DNA of 63,945 nt, filler included, from Ministeria vibrans ATCC 50519 (Eukaryota > Protista > Filasterea), in the NCBI GenBank assembly GCA_943704425.1. It is 7 parts of 7 records of this genome, joined end to end, with 100 filler letters (N's around TTAATTAATTAA, not from the genome) between each part and the next. Parts side by side here need not be neighbours in the genome. Positions count along the whole stretch, not along the records: positions 47,777 to 53,400 come from CALSCP010001067.1; positions 53,501 to 55,713 come from CALSCP010000918.1; positions 55,814 to 62,445 come from CALSCP010000983.1; positions 62,546 to 63,945 come from CALSCP010000325.1; 3 more parts are not named here. One strand, given 5' to 3'. Below, one piece after another: positions 52,147-63,234 of this stretch; positions within the stretch are counted from its first letter, which is position 1; each line of letters starts with the position of its first letter. The translations under genes and the position numbers were made by a program. Below the pieces are notes generated by a model. The model was not told where the DNA came from and did not search any database. It saw nothing but the letters and a program-made list of their open reading frames with translations.

Positions 52147-52633
52147 TTAGTTAGTGACAACAGAAGTCGTCTTGGCGGAGAGAAGCGTGCACGTGATGGG
52201 GCTGATGGTGGCAGAGGCTCCAGGGGTGATGTCACTACCTGTGTGGTCTTGAAATTTGCAAAAATTCTGGTTTCCGGCGTTTTTCACCGTCATGATCAGC
52301 GTGCCGCTGCTTTGGAGGATGTTCTGAACAACCTCTCCTGCGCTGTCAGTGCCCCAGGAGTCCACAGAGCAGAAGCTGTTGCCGGAGCTGAGCTACATTT
52401 TTTTAAAAAAAAAATATTAGACGTTTGTAAACAAAAACGTTTCTTTCCTTCATCCTTACCTCAATGCACTGACCACGCTGGTAGATATTCCCGTCGGCTC
52501 CATAGCTGTTGTGCGGCGAGTTAAAAAGAGAGCCGCCAGTGCAGTAGAAGTCAGCTTGACAACGCTGGAAGGTAGCGTCGACGTTTGCGACGAGAAGAAG
52601 CGCCAAGGCGAAGGTAGCAATCACAGAGTGCAT
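52147..52633 (-). CDS. Small secreted Cys-rich protein (139 aa; exons 52460-52633 and 52147-52392)
   Basis: Signal peptide MHSVIATFALALLLVANVDA; phase-0 GTAAGG..TAG intron; 6 Cys in the mature part; TATTTAA motif ~155 nt upstream. Confidence 0.7.
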
Positions 52634-53024
52634 TAATGTTCTTTGTTACGAGAGAAGATAAAAAATTAAAAATTGAGCAAAGGCTTTCTCAGTAACTCGG
52701 TTTATTCACCGTTCCACAACTATTGTCATTCTCTTTCGCACTATTTTGTACTTGCACATCCCATTCACACGACATTTTTACGGCTTAAATAGCGTCGCCT
52801 CTCTCAGGGACACCAGAACAGGCCTTCTTCGCGTAGTAAACGGTCCGTAAACAAACGGCGATAGATCGCAAACGTCCGGCCGGGTTGGCTTGAAACTCGG
52901 AGTTTGACATGGTACCCTGGTCGCTCCTGCTATTAGTCATGTCCTGTTTCGACCAACCTGTGACACCCTTACTAGGGAGTCCGGCGCACTCCAATCCGTC
53001 TCAAGACAATATTAAATAGAAAGA

Positions 53025-53200
53025 AAGAATACAACCCATTTATTAATGATACAGTCACCACGCGAAGACACAGCCAGACCGCCTTGCAAACTCGACCGAA
53101 ACTCTAGAGGTAACATGGGAGAACAGTGGCAGGTCATAGTGCTGTGTCGACGCTATCCAGTGAGGCAATCGCAATGGTACGCCATACCCCCAGAGGAGGC
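53025..53200. repeat. Dispersed structured repeat, copy 3
   Basis: AAGAATACAACCCATTTATTAATGATACAGTCA..GCGAAGACACAGCCAGACCGCCTTGCAAACTC..GCAATGGTACGCCATAC shared with copy 2. Confidence 0.92.
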
Positions 53201-53205
53201 TTAGG

Positions 53206-53219
53206 GCTCTGACACCATG
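53206..53219 (-). mobile_element. LTR-end/primer-binding-site-like junction CA|TGGTGTCAGAGC
   Basis: The minus strand reads ...CCTTCA TGGTGTCAGAGCCC, one mismatch from the tRNA-iMet PBS TGGTATCAGAGC and similar to the tRNA-Leu PBS TGGTGTCAGA. Confidence 0.5.
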
Positions 53220-53581
53220 AAGGTGTCTGTCGGCAAGGAGTGTAAAGTCGAAGTCGTGGTTGAGGCAATCGGATCGGTGGTCGGCGGCGGCAAGTCCAGG
53301 TGGCTGCGGGGCGCTCCCGTGGTACACAGGCGGGGCGGGTCGGCTGTAGGGCGGCTGGTGTGCTTGTTGTCGTGACTGTGTGTTAGATTATGAGGATAGA
53401 NNNNNNNNNNNNNNNNNNNNNNNNNNNNNNNNNNNNNNNNNNNNTTAATTAATTAANNNNNNNNNNNNNNNNNNNNNNNNNNNNNNNNNNNNNNNNNNNN
53501 GGGGGGGGTTGTGTCTGTGCCTGTTTGGCGAGGGTGCTCATCTGTCTGTATTTATATGCGTGTCTCTCTCTCTATGTGTAG

Positions 53582-53829
53582 GTACATGCAGTTGATGCTT
53601 TGAAACGATTGGGTGCGCGTGACCAGCGCATTGCGCTGTTGCTGGACGGGTCGACTGTGTGGAACATTTACAAAGACCAGGTCAGAGGCACAAAGGCTAA
53701 CAGTCTAAAAATTAACATCCCAAATCTGTGTAGCGTCACGATTTGTATCTTCCGTCGACCACGACTGCGCCAGTTGCAGGCTACTTGACCGGCGGAGACG
53801 CACAGCTGCGCTTGGAAGGCCGCAAATGA
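53582..53829 (+). CDS. DNAJC13: RME-8/DNAJC13 extreme C-terminus, 5'-partial
   Basis: AVDALK..LLDGSTVWNIYKDQ|RHDLYLP..AGYLTG matches the recalled RME-8 tail (VWSAFKDQKHDLF..AGYLTG). Confidence 0.8.
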
Positions 53830-53892
53830 GTAGTACTCGTACCCTGATTGAAAATTATATTCGAATACAGTATTCACACTTGGCGTTCCTTA

Positions 53893-55212
53893 TTACAATG
53901 CTCCGCTGTCGTTGTCCGTGCCACGGTCTTGCGTGTCCATGCCCTCGTCCAAGTGTCGGGGCGGCAGCAAAAGACCGCGAGCTGTGGCGACTCCCTCGAC
54001 GGAGTCGATGTTGAGGCGCGATGTAGTGGCGTTCGTGAAATCCTGAGGGAGAATCACATTAGTCCGATAGTGTCACGGTGATGATAGTGTCAGGGTGGGT
54101 GAGGGAAACCAAAAAGATCGTACGGAATTGCAGATGCTCGCGTGAAACAAGTTTGCTCCTGAGAGATTGGAATTGGTGAAGGTGCAGAGGTTGAGGCAGG
54201 CGTACACAAACGAGGCACCCGACAAGTCACAGTCCACAAAGGACGCACCAGTCAGATCGTACTCGTCAAAGACACACTGCTGAAGAGAGCAGCGAGAGAA
54301 GATGGGTGCAACGAGAGGTTGTGGTGACGGCGAGAAGGTGTACGCGTCGAGTCGCATATCGCTGAAGGTGCAGTGGCGACCGTGTATGCCTGCGAGTTGT
54401 GTGGTTGTGGAGGTCATCTCACAGCGAATAAACGAGGCCTGGTCAACGCATGCATGAGACAAATCTGCGCCTTCAAGGTCGCATGCTTGGAAGCGAGCCT
54501 GGGCCAGCGTTGCGTCGTTGAAGCGCACTCCAGAGAGGCTGCACTCGGCAAAGGTGCTGTGAGACAGGTCGGCGGAGGCAAACGAAGCGCCAGTCAGCTG
54601 TGCCTTGGTCCACGCTGTCGAGCACGCATGTGCACCGGCCGCTTGCAGACCGGTGGCGACGGTGTGCGAGAAGCGAGAGTGTTCCAGATCACATTCGCTC
54701 ACATTTGAAGAGTTCATGGTCGAGCGAGAAAAGTCCGCATGAGACAGATTGAGACCCGTCAAATTTAGACCAGCAAGACGCAGTCCGGCAAAGCGGATCA
54801 TATGTGACTGCTGGCTGTGGCACGCCGGCAGCTGGAGGAGCGTGCGCACAATGTCGTCGCGGGAGAGATCGGAGAGAGGAGTGTGTTGGTCGGCGAATGT
54901 CGCGCCGTAGAAACACGCCTCGTCTACAAGCGCCTGACTCACAGGGGGCTCGAGGCTGCGCTGACCCGAGCGTGCCGTGGAGAGGAGGCGTCGGAAGAGC
55001 TGCGGGTCGCGATCAAGGAAGATGGTCTCGTCTGGCGATGCGGTGGACGTCTCGAGCAGTTGCATCACGGTGACAAAGCACGAAAGTGTCGCCGTCATCG
55101 TGACAAAGTCCTCGCCGCCCACATTCACACGCACTATCCGATTGGTGGTTGAGGCCAGCGACGGTGCGGCTGGACCAGAGGGGGATATGTTGTCGGGTTC
55201 TTGTTCAGTCAT
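53893..55212 (-). CDS. BTB/POZ plus pentapeptide-repeat protein (KCTD9-like), two exons
   Basis: VRVNVGGEDFVT..IFLDRDPQLF..EACFYG; then many A(D/N)LxxA-type pentapeptides. Confidence 0.85.
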
Positions 55213-55315
55213 GAATAAAAATATTGACTTATTGAGAAGAAAAATAATAATGAATAATCTAAACTCTAATCTCTTTTTTTTGTCCGATTTTTTCAAAGTA
55301 CTACATTCACTCAAA

Positions 55316-55665
55316 ATGAGTTATCCTGGATACCCTCCTCAAGGTAAGTGTGTCGCTTCAGCCATCACGAGAGCTGTTGCGAAAAGGAAATCGAAAGTTC
55401 AAACTTTCGATTTCCCAGCGCCGACTAGTGCGGGGAGTCGAGCGTACGCACGGCGTGGACGGATCGTCGGCTGGTGCTTTGTGCAAAGGACGCGACTAAG
55501 ACGGGTGTGTGTGTGTGTGTTTTGTGCCGTTCGTTTGTTGTGCAGGCAATCCGGCCTTCCCCCAGGGCAATCCGGCCTTCCCCCAGGGCAACCCCGCCTT
55601 CCCCCAAGGCGCCAACCCCGCCTTCCCCCAAGGCAACCCAGCCTTCCCTGCTGCTGCCTATCCTC
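55316..55665 (+). CDS. Pro/Gly-rich N-terminus MSYPGYPPQG-(NPAFPQG)n, reminiscent of the annexin A7/A11 head; 3'-partial
   Basis: Two short exons with GT-AG boundaries; 21-nt tandem repeat encoding GNPAFPQ; truncated by the gap. Confidence 0.5.
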
Positions 55666-55670
55666 GTAAG

Positions 55671-55713
<43 letters not shown>

Positions 55714-55922
55714 NNNNNNNNNNNNNNNNNNNNNNNNNNNNNNNNNNNNNNNNNNNNTTAATTAATTAANNNNNNNNNNNNNNNNNNNNNNNNNNNNNNN
55801 NNNNNNNNNNNNNGTCTTTGGACTTCCTCTGTCTCACTGACTATAAATATCATCATTGTCTTTGTTTTTTCTCGCTTACCTCTCACTATTACTTTCACTC
55901 TCACCATTGCTTTCTCTCTTAC

Positions 55923-55958
<36 letters not shown>

Positions 55959-56032
55959 ACTTTTGCACTTTTGCATTTTTAAAGAGAAAACAAAAGGGAA
56001 TAAAATTGGTGTATTATTATTTCTTCTTTTTT

Positions 56033-56539
56033 CTATACGGGAACAGTGGGATGGTATGAAGCGGCAATGTTAGCCAGCTCGTTCTCCTTGGCAATGAGAC
56101 GTGCGACAAACGGGTGTGTGGGGGCGGAATCCTTGAGCTGGGCAATGAGGCGCGCGACCACATCACGGCCCTTGCCCAGGTGCAGCGAGCACACGAGTAG
56201 GTTGCTGAGCGTGTCGACGTCGTCAGACGCCTTGTCTTGCGCCTGCAGCAACACCTCCTCTGCATCGCTCCAGTTACCCTGATGCATGTAGGCAGATGCT
56301 TGTCCATTGAGCAACATCACCGTTGCCCCGTACTTGTCCGTCAGCTCCTGGTAGATGTAGAAAGCCTCTTGGTACTTTTCGCCACCCTATGCAAAAGCAC
56401 ACAAAAGTCAAATTCATCCTACAGTGGAATCAGCAAGTCGCACGCGCGCTCATACCACTGCAAAGTCAACCCAGGCTGTTGCAAGCTGCGTGATGGTTGC
56501 ATCATCATCCATCTCTTGAAGCTTTTTCAACTCCTGCAC

Positions 56540-56587
<48 letters not shown>

Positions 56588-57625
56588 GAAGAAAGACAAA
56601 ATGAACATTCATCAAAAACAAGCTTTTTTCATTCTACCTTTCGAGCCAGATCAAGTCGGTCCATTTGCAGCAGAATCTGCACGGCAAGAGCAGTGCATTC
56701 AGGTTCGTTCACTTGTGACAGGGCCGTCAGCGCCCCTTCGCAGTCGCTGCTTGCCATCAGCATTGTCGCATTCACAAGCTGTACTGTGGGATTCGTGCGT
56801 GTCACCGTGTCCGTCGCAAGCTTGAGAATCTCCTCACTTGCTGCCGCGCTACAGTTGAGTCAGCACCACAGCTCGTCATCGACCCTATACACATTAATCC
56901 TTACCGTTCGCCGCCACTCTGGAAGAAACGCGCGAGAGTGCGCACAGCACAGAGATCGGAAGGAGCAGTTGTCCCAATCTCACTCATCACCAGATTGTAT
57001 TTCCCCTATCACAATGCATCACGTGAGCTCTCTCCTCCCTCACACACCAGCCCACAAGAAACAAATGAGAGTGTGCGTGTGTGTGCGTCCACGTCAGCGT
57101 CAGCCAACACCATGAAAGGTTGCTTCCCTTTTTCCCCCGGAAAAACATCCACACTCTCATCAACAAGGCAGTTTCTAGTCCCACACACATCATGCAGCAT
57201 GCCACGGACATGTGCCGTGGACACAGACTCGATCCATTGGGTACACAGAAGCATTTTTGAAGAAATCCATTTTGAACGTCCCACCCTCTCGTTCTCCCCT
57301 GCCGCTCTCTCCTTCCCGCTTTACCTGTGCAACCATCGCACGATACATGTACACCGAAGCAAGGAGTGCTGCGTCGTCTGTCATGGATGCCTGCAACAAA
57401 AAGACGTGAGAAAGAGAATGCTTTCCTGTGTTTTCCTGCGTTTGCTTGCGCGCCTCGATCCTTCACCAGCTCGTCAGAGTGGTGGACCAACGATTACGAT
57501 ACGACGGACAGCCAAAACGAGCGTACCTTTTGCTTTTGGGCCTCGTTAATGCACAAGGTGAAATTGCCCAGATGAAAGGCATTCCGTACGCCAAACAGTT
57601 GTTGTGCCAGTGCGTCGTCAGCCAT
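56033..57625 (-). CDS. COPE: Coatomer subunit epsilon, multi-exon
   Basis: [20 protein letters not shown]; YMYRAMVAQ; [12 protein letters not shown]; [15 protein letters not shown]; LLNGQA; PTHPFV. Confidence 0.93.
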
Positions 57626-57861
57626 TCTTATCTATCTTTAATCTTTATCTACGCTATGCCTTGCACTAAAGTCCTTTTTTTCTGAATAAGAATTAAGAAT
57701 GAGTCTCTTCTCATATCTTATGATTGTAATAGAAGTTTTGTACGATATGATGAACTAAATGTATCAATCATCATCCTTTTTTGCGCCTCTGCTCCCCTCT
57801 CACCCTCCTACAAAGCCGCCCTTACTGCCAATTAAGAGTGTACCCCTTCGACAAGGACATC

Positions 57862-60800
57862 ATGGGCGTATCCGACGACGATCAGGAGGCAAAGAGCTCT
57901 GGAAGCATCTCTCCAAGTGGCTCGTCGCGCCTCCCCGAAATGGCCGGTGTCCTCAGCAAGTGGACAAACTACATATATGGCTGGCAGGTAGGCGACAGGC
58001 ACTGCCCGTTTCTTAAAAAAGTGTCTTGCAAAGCTTCAAACAAAAAAAATATATTTCGTCTCCATCCGCTTTTCCCGTCGCACACGCTCCTCCAGTCTCG
58101 CTCCGGTGAATACTCTGGGACGGTAGGGTCCTGGCACCGCTCTCGCGCGCGTCGCGTGACTCCACCGTCGGCAGACAGCCCTTTCCCGTGTTTGCTCGTC
58201 GACATTTCCAAAGTGGCCGTCTCACGTCCACTCGTCTCCCTCTCCCTCTGCTCTCTCTCGACGTGTTTTTTTGTGTCCCTTGTGCCTTTGGCTACATCCG
58301 GCAGTTTCGTTTCTTCTGTGTCCCTGTCTTTGGACTTCCTCTGTCTCACTGACTATAAATATCATCATTGTCTTTGTTTTTTCTCGCTTCCCTCTCACTA
58401 TTACTTTCACTCTCACCATTGCTTTCTCTCTTACGGACTTTTTTTTTTTGGTAGGATCGTTGGTTCGTCCTGAGTCACGGAACATTGCAATACTTTCGTT
58501 CTGAAAAGGACGAAAACACGGGCTGCCGTGGTGCTATCCACCTGAAGGATGCCATGATCACATCGCACGAGTTTGACAATACCCGCATCAACGTCCACCT
58601 GAAAGATTCCTGTTAGAACGCCTCTCAATAATATAATCATTCTGACTCTTTCCTTTCTTCACCTTACTAGCCTTCTTTTTACGTTGTGCCAACGCCGAGC
58701 AGTGTCAGTTATGGCGTGAAAAGCTCGACGGCTCCAAGTCAGTGTTGCTCGAGACTTCGTCGCTTGTTTCATCAACTAGTAGCAACAATCTGGTGGGACT
58801 GACAGGTAGTGTGGGCGGCCGTCACAGTCGACAAAGTTCGCTGGGCAATGCGTCCAATCTCCTGCTCAAAGTCAAAGACATGAAAGAGCGTGTTGGTGAA
58901 ATGGGCGCCTTTCGTGATATTCTCACCCGTCAGCTCGACATGCTCCAACGCTACTTTGACCACGTGGATGCTAAGCTGGGCGAGCAGGTTTCAGACGAGT
59001 CGAACATGAGTGAAAGTGCTGGGGGGTTTACACGCGCTGAGCTGACGGAGGGAATGATCACGTTCAAGGCGACGAGCGTGTCCATGATCCAGTCTGTTGA
59101 GCAGGTGAGTCGACACACTTTAAGACGCATACAGAGAGTGAGCGAAATGAGGGTGAAATATCAATTGCGGAGAAAGAACAGATTGGTAGAGAGAAAGAAG
59201 AGAGAGAGAGAGAAATAGTGAGAGACAGAAGGGAGACGAGGAGAGACACAAGGCGAAGGATAGGAAAGAGCAACATAGTAGAGAGAAGGGAATAAGTGAC
59301 AGGGAAGGAGCAATGGATTAGAGGGGAGAGAGAGAAAGAAAGAGAGAAAGCTGTGTTATGCTATGGACAATAGCAGAATGTGTGCAGTATTAAAATGTTT
59401 ATTATTGTTATTAATTTCAATCTTTATTTTTTTTTTTCGTAGTTTGTTGAGTTTGCGACGGCAAACGAGCAAGAGCTACTGCGTCGAGTAGACAAGGCTG
59501 TGGAGCGACGACGCAAGGTCGAAGTGGAGAACCTCAATTTGAAGAAGCGACTGGACTCGCTGGCAGCAGCAAGCGGACCCGACCGTTACGAAGGGGAGTT
59601 CTCGAATCTCAAAGAAGACGTACGCCCCTCCCACCGTTTTCTCTCCTTTATTTGTTTCTGATTGTTAATTGCTTTTTTTTTTGTTCCATAGGAGTATGTC
59701 GACGCCATGGAGACCTGGCACGAACAGCAAGATGAGCTGGAGAAGGAGCGCCAACGCGCAGCCCAGCAGAGTGATGCACCCGATGCGCAGTCGTCCAACA
59801 AACCCCTCACTGCCACCAGTGCACAACGCGCGAAGTTCCGCGAAGGTGTTCGCGAACACGTCAGCAAGAGCGTTCAGTATGCACGCGAAGAAGTTACCGG
59901 GTCAAAGGTAAAACAGAGCAGCAAAAAAAAACAAAATTCTCAACCGGTTGGTTTTTTTTCTACGTAGCTTTGGACACAAATCCACGAAGCAGGCCCCATG
60001 AAAGTGTACCAGCGCGACAGTCAGGAGAATGGCACAGTCAACAATTTCCTCAAAGCCTATCACGTCATCAACGGTGAGCCTTTCTTTCTTTCTCATTCTT
60101 TTATTCTTCCTTTCTCTTTCTTGTAGGGGTGAGTGCGTATGAAGTGGGTTTCACCTTTTGGGAGCCAGAATTGCGTCAAGCATTAGACGGTATGTATAGC
60201 GCGACCCTTACGTCCCCACTCTTACCTACACATGTACACACAGGCCCTCTTTTGGACGGATGGAGCAATCTCGGATGGGTCGACGAGTACACCTGTGTCC
60301 TTCACTACATGTTCAAAAAGGTTAATTTTCCCCCGTCTCTTCTCCCACTTTGGATATATTATTTCATTCACCGCTCTCGTTCGCCTACTCTTTAGATTTG
60401 GCCATCGGCACAACGAGACGGAGTATTTACATTGCACTTTGGACGGTTTGACGGAGGCACTGAGACCGAGTTCATTGTCGGAATGAACCCCGTTTTGCAC
60501 GACTCCGTGCCCATCAAACAGAACATTGTACGCTCCGAGTCCTTTGTGGCCCTCATCACTCGCACCGAGTTTCTCAACGGCAAGAGTGCCACCGACCCGA
60601 CTCTCAAACGGTCCGATCTGCGCACTCACATCACCTACACGGCCTCTGTCAATCCAGGTATACCGAATGCATTAACATGGTTTCTTCAATTTGTTATCCA
60701 TGTTTCCTTTTTCGCTTGATTACCTTTGTTGTTTTTTATTTCTCACTCTCTTCTTCACTTCTTACTCTTTCTCTCCTCTTCTCTCTCTCTATTACTTTGT

Positions 60801-61257
60801 TTCTCTCTCTCTCTATTACTTTGTTTCTCTCTCTATTACTTTTGTTTCTCTCTCTCTCTCTCTCTCGCTCTCTCCCTCTTTCTTTTTCGTTCCTTCTTCT
60901 ATCTCTCTCTCTCTTCTATCTCTCTCTCTCTTCTATTTCTCTCTCTCTTCTATCTCTCTCTCTCTTGTCCCTCCTCTCTCTCTCTTGTCCCTCCTCTCTC
61001 TCTCTCTCTTGTCCCTCCTCTCACTCTCTTGCTCTTGTCATTCTTCTCCTTCTCGCTCTCGTCTCTCCTATCCTTCCCTCGCTTTCCTTGCAGGCGGTTG
61101 GGCTCCCATGTCAGTTGTGCGCTCTGTGAGCAAGCGCGAGTACCCCAAGTTCTTGACGCGCTTGGAGAGTCATGTGCAGAAACATGTGCACTTAGGCTCC
61201 CCCGAGGAGTCCGCCATTCTTCTCGACCATCCCGCAACACCCCTCACGAAGTGCTAA
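57862..61257 (+). CDS. CERT1: Ceramide transfer protein CERT (PH - FFAT-like - START), multi-exon
   Basis: [14 protein letters not shown]|DRWFVL..GCRGAI; ITFKAT; FFAT-like ED|EYVDAME; START domain ..ASVNP|[15 protein letters not shown]. Confidence 0.92.
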
Positions 61258-61615
61258 TCAGTGTCATCTTGTACAATGAATATATTTTTTTTACTCTACT
61301 TCTTTATTAGAAAACAGATACCCCCTCCTCCCTAACCTTGTGTACGGGTCAGGTGTGTATTTCGTGGCAGGACAAGAGAGAGCTTTTCAAACAAACGTAA
61401 CAAAAATACACCCTGTCCTTCCCAGGATATGGAGTATCTGGTGCCTATCACGTCATTTTGTGTGCCCTTCAGTCAATCTGTATCCGCTTCCTCTCGATGC
61501 TTCTGCAGCTTAGAAAACGCTTCTAAGCTGTGTGTTGTCGCTTTTCGAATTCGTTTGTGACGGATACTAAATTGGAAGTGTTTTATTGTTCTTCTTCAAT
61601 TATTATTAAATACAT

Positions 61616-62390
61616 CTACATGGTGAGGACGAAACCCTCGTCGCGCTTGCCAAGACGCATTTCAAGGGAGAGGCGCACGAGCCAGGGTACGGCAAGCTTG
61701 AGAAGGTCAACCGAGGGGTCGAGCTGGCGGCCAATGCCCTCGGCAAGCCCCATCGCCACCGCCAGCGATGAGTACATGCCGTCAATCTTTACTCGGTGCT
61801 CGCGTGCCAGAGACAGCATTCGCATCAGAATCTCGCCCACACTCACATCGCCCAGCGAAAGTGTCCGCTGGTCTACATCGTCCACAACGCACTGTACGTC
61901 ATCCGCAAACGCATCGCGATCAGGGCTACGCACATCGATGGATTTTACGGTCAGTCAACCAACCGACAAAAAATGTCCGACATCCCCACATACCCACATA
62001 ATACATCATCAACGACAACACCAAGGCAAATAATAATAAACAAAAACAAATAATACCATTCGTGCTCGCGCGCATTGTCCACCATGAGATACGCAGCCTT
62101 GCGTCCGTCTGTCTTGGCTACGGCAGCAAAGAGAGTCACAAAGTTGCGGCGGTCGGAAGGCGCAAGGGCAATGACAATGCCGGCGTCAAGCACCACAGCC
62201 TGCACTGTCTCGGCAGCCCCCGTGCCGCGCACAATCATGTTTCCGGGGTGCAGATCGCCGTGCACAAAGTTGTCCATCACCGCCATCTGCAGAAACGCCT
62301 GGAACCCAATTGCCGCAACCTTCTTGCGCACTGCATCCTCTTGCTTGGTTGTTGCCGGTCGCTTCAGGAAATGCTCCACCAACTCGCCCT
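61616..62390 (-). CDS. ABC1/AarF-domain atypical kinase (ADCK2-like), 5'-partial
   Basis: DNFVHGDLHPGNMIV, LDAG, RRNFVTLF, EGIGRQLDPSVDL. Confidence 0.88.
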
Positions 62391-62545
62391 TGACATATTT
62401 GTTTTTGTTTAAAAAATGTGTGTGTTTGTGTTTGTGTTTTTTTTTNNNNNNNNNNNNNNNNNNNNNNNNNNNNNNNNNNNNNNNNNNNNTTAATTAATTA
62501 ANNNNNNNNNNNNNNNNNNNNNNNNNNNNNNNNNNNNNNNNNNNN

Positions 62546-62645
<100 letters not shown>

Positions 62646-62749
62646 TTTCTGCATTTGTTCTTTCTCACCAATGTCTTTCTCTCTTTCTCCTTCTTTCTCT
62701 CTTCCTCTCTTTTTTATTTGTGCATTAACCAGTCAATGCTAAAAAACAG

Positions 62750-63234
62750 ATTCAAGTGAACGCGCGAGTTGAAAAGGTTAGTTATGTTCCCAAGAGCGAA
62801 AACATCTCTCTCTCGTACGTCCCAATATTCTATGTAAACCAAAGCGGAGGTAACACACACATATATATATACTTACACACAGACATACACACCACAAAGA
62901 CACACCCACACACACACACACATAAGCGCACACACACACATTTGATCATTGATGATTTTGTGCGGTAGGGATCACGCCGGAACTGGCCCAACAAGTAAAC
63001 AGTGAGCTGTTCTATGTGCTTCGCGACGTCAACATTGTACGGTTTGTGCTCGTCGGCGTTGGTGTCCTTCTCATTGTTATTGCGTGCGTTTCCGGCGCCA
63101 TTGCCCTCCATCAAAACTCCCTCTTTGCCAATGGCACTGGTGACGGTGGCGATGACAGTGAAGCTGCTCTTGAGAAGAACCCTTTGCTCTCAGGTGCCAA
63201 AGAAGGCTTATCAGTCCCCCAAAGTGTGCAATGA
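62750..63234 (+). CDS. CD36/SCARB (LIMP-2-like) family C-terminus, 5'-partial
   Basis: IQVNARVEK..YVPIFYVNQSG exon, then a TM helix and a short tail with the [DE]xxxLL motif EKNPLL. Confidence 0.7.

Noticed and set aside
51460-53200. CRISPR-like array
   Set aside because: Only two ~180-bp repeats with a ~1.4-kb interval, and no cas genes.
53060-53217. Hammerhead or HDV-like ribozyme within the dispersed repeat
   Set aside because: GAAAC is present but CUGANGA is missing. An HDV-like P3/L3 (CC-TCCTCT-GG) lacks a P2 partner and J4/2, and is not conserved in the other copies.
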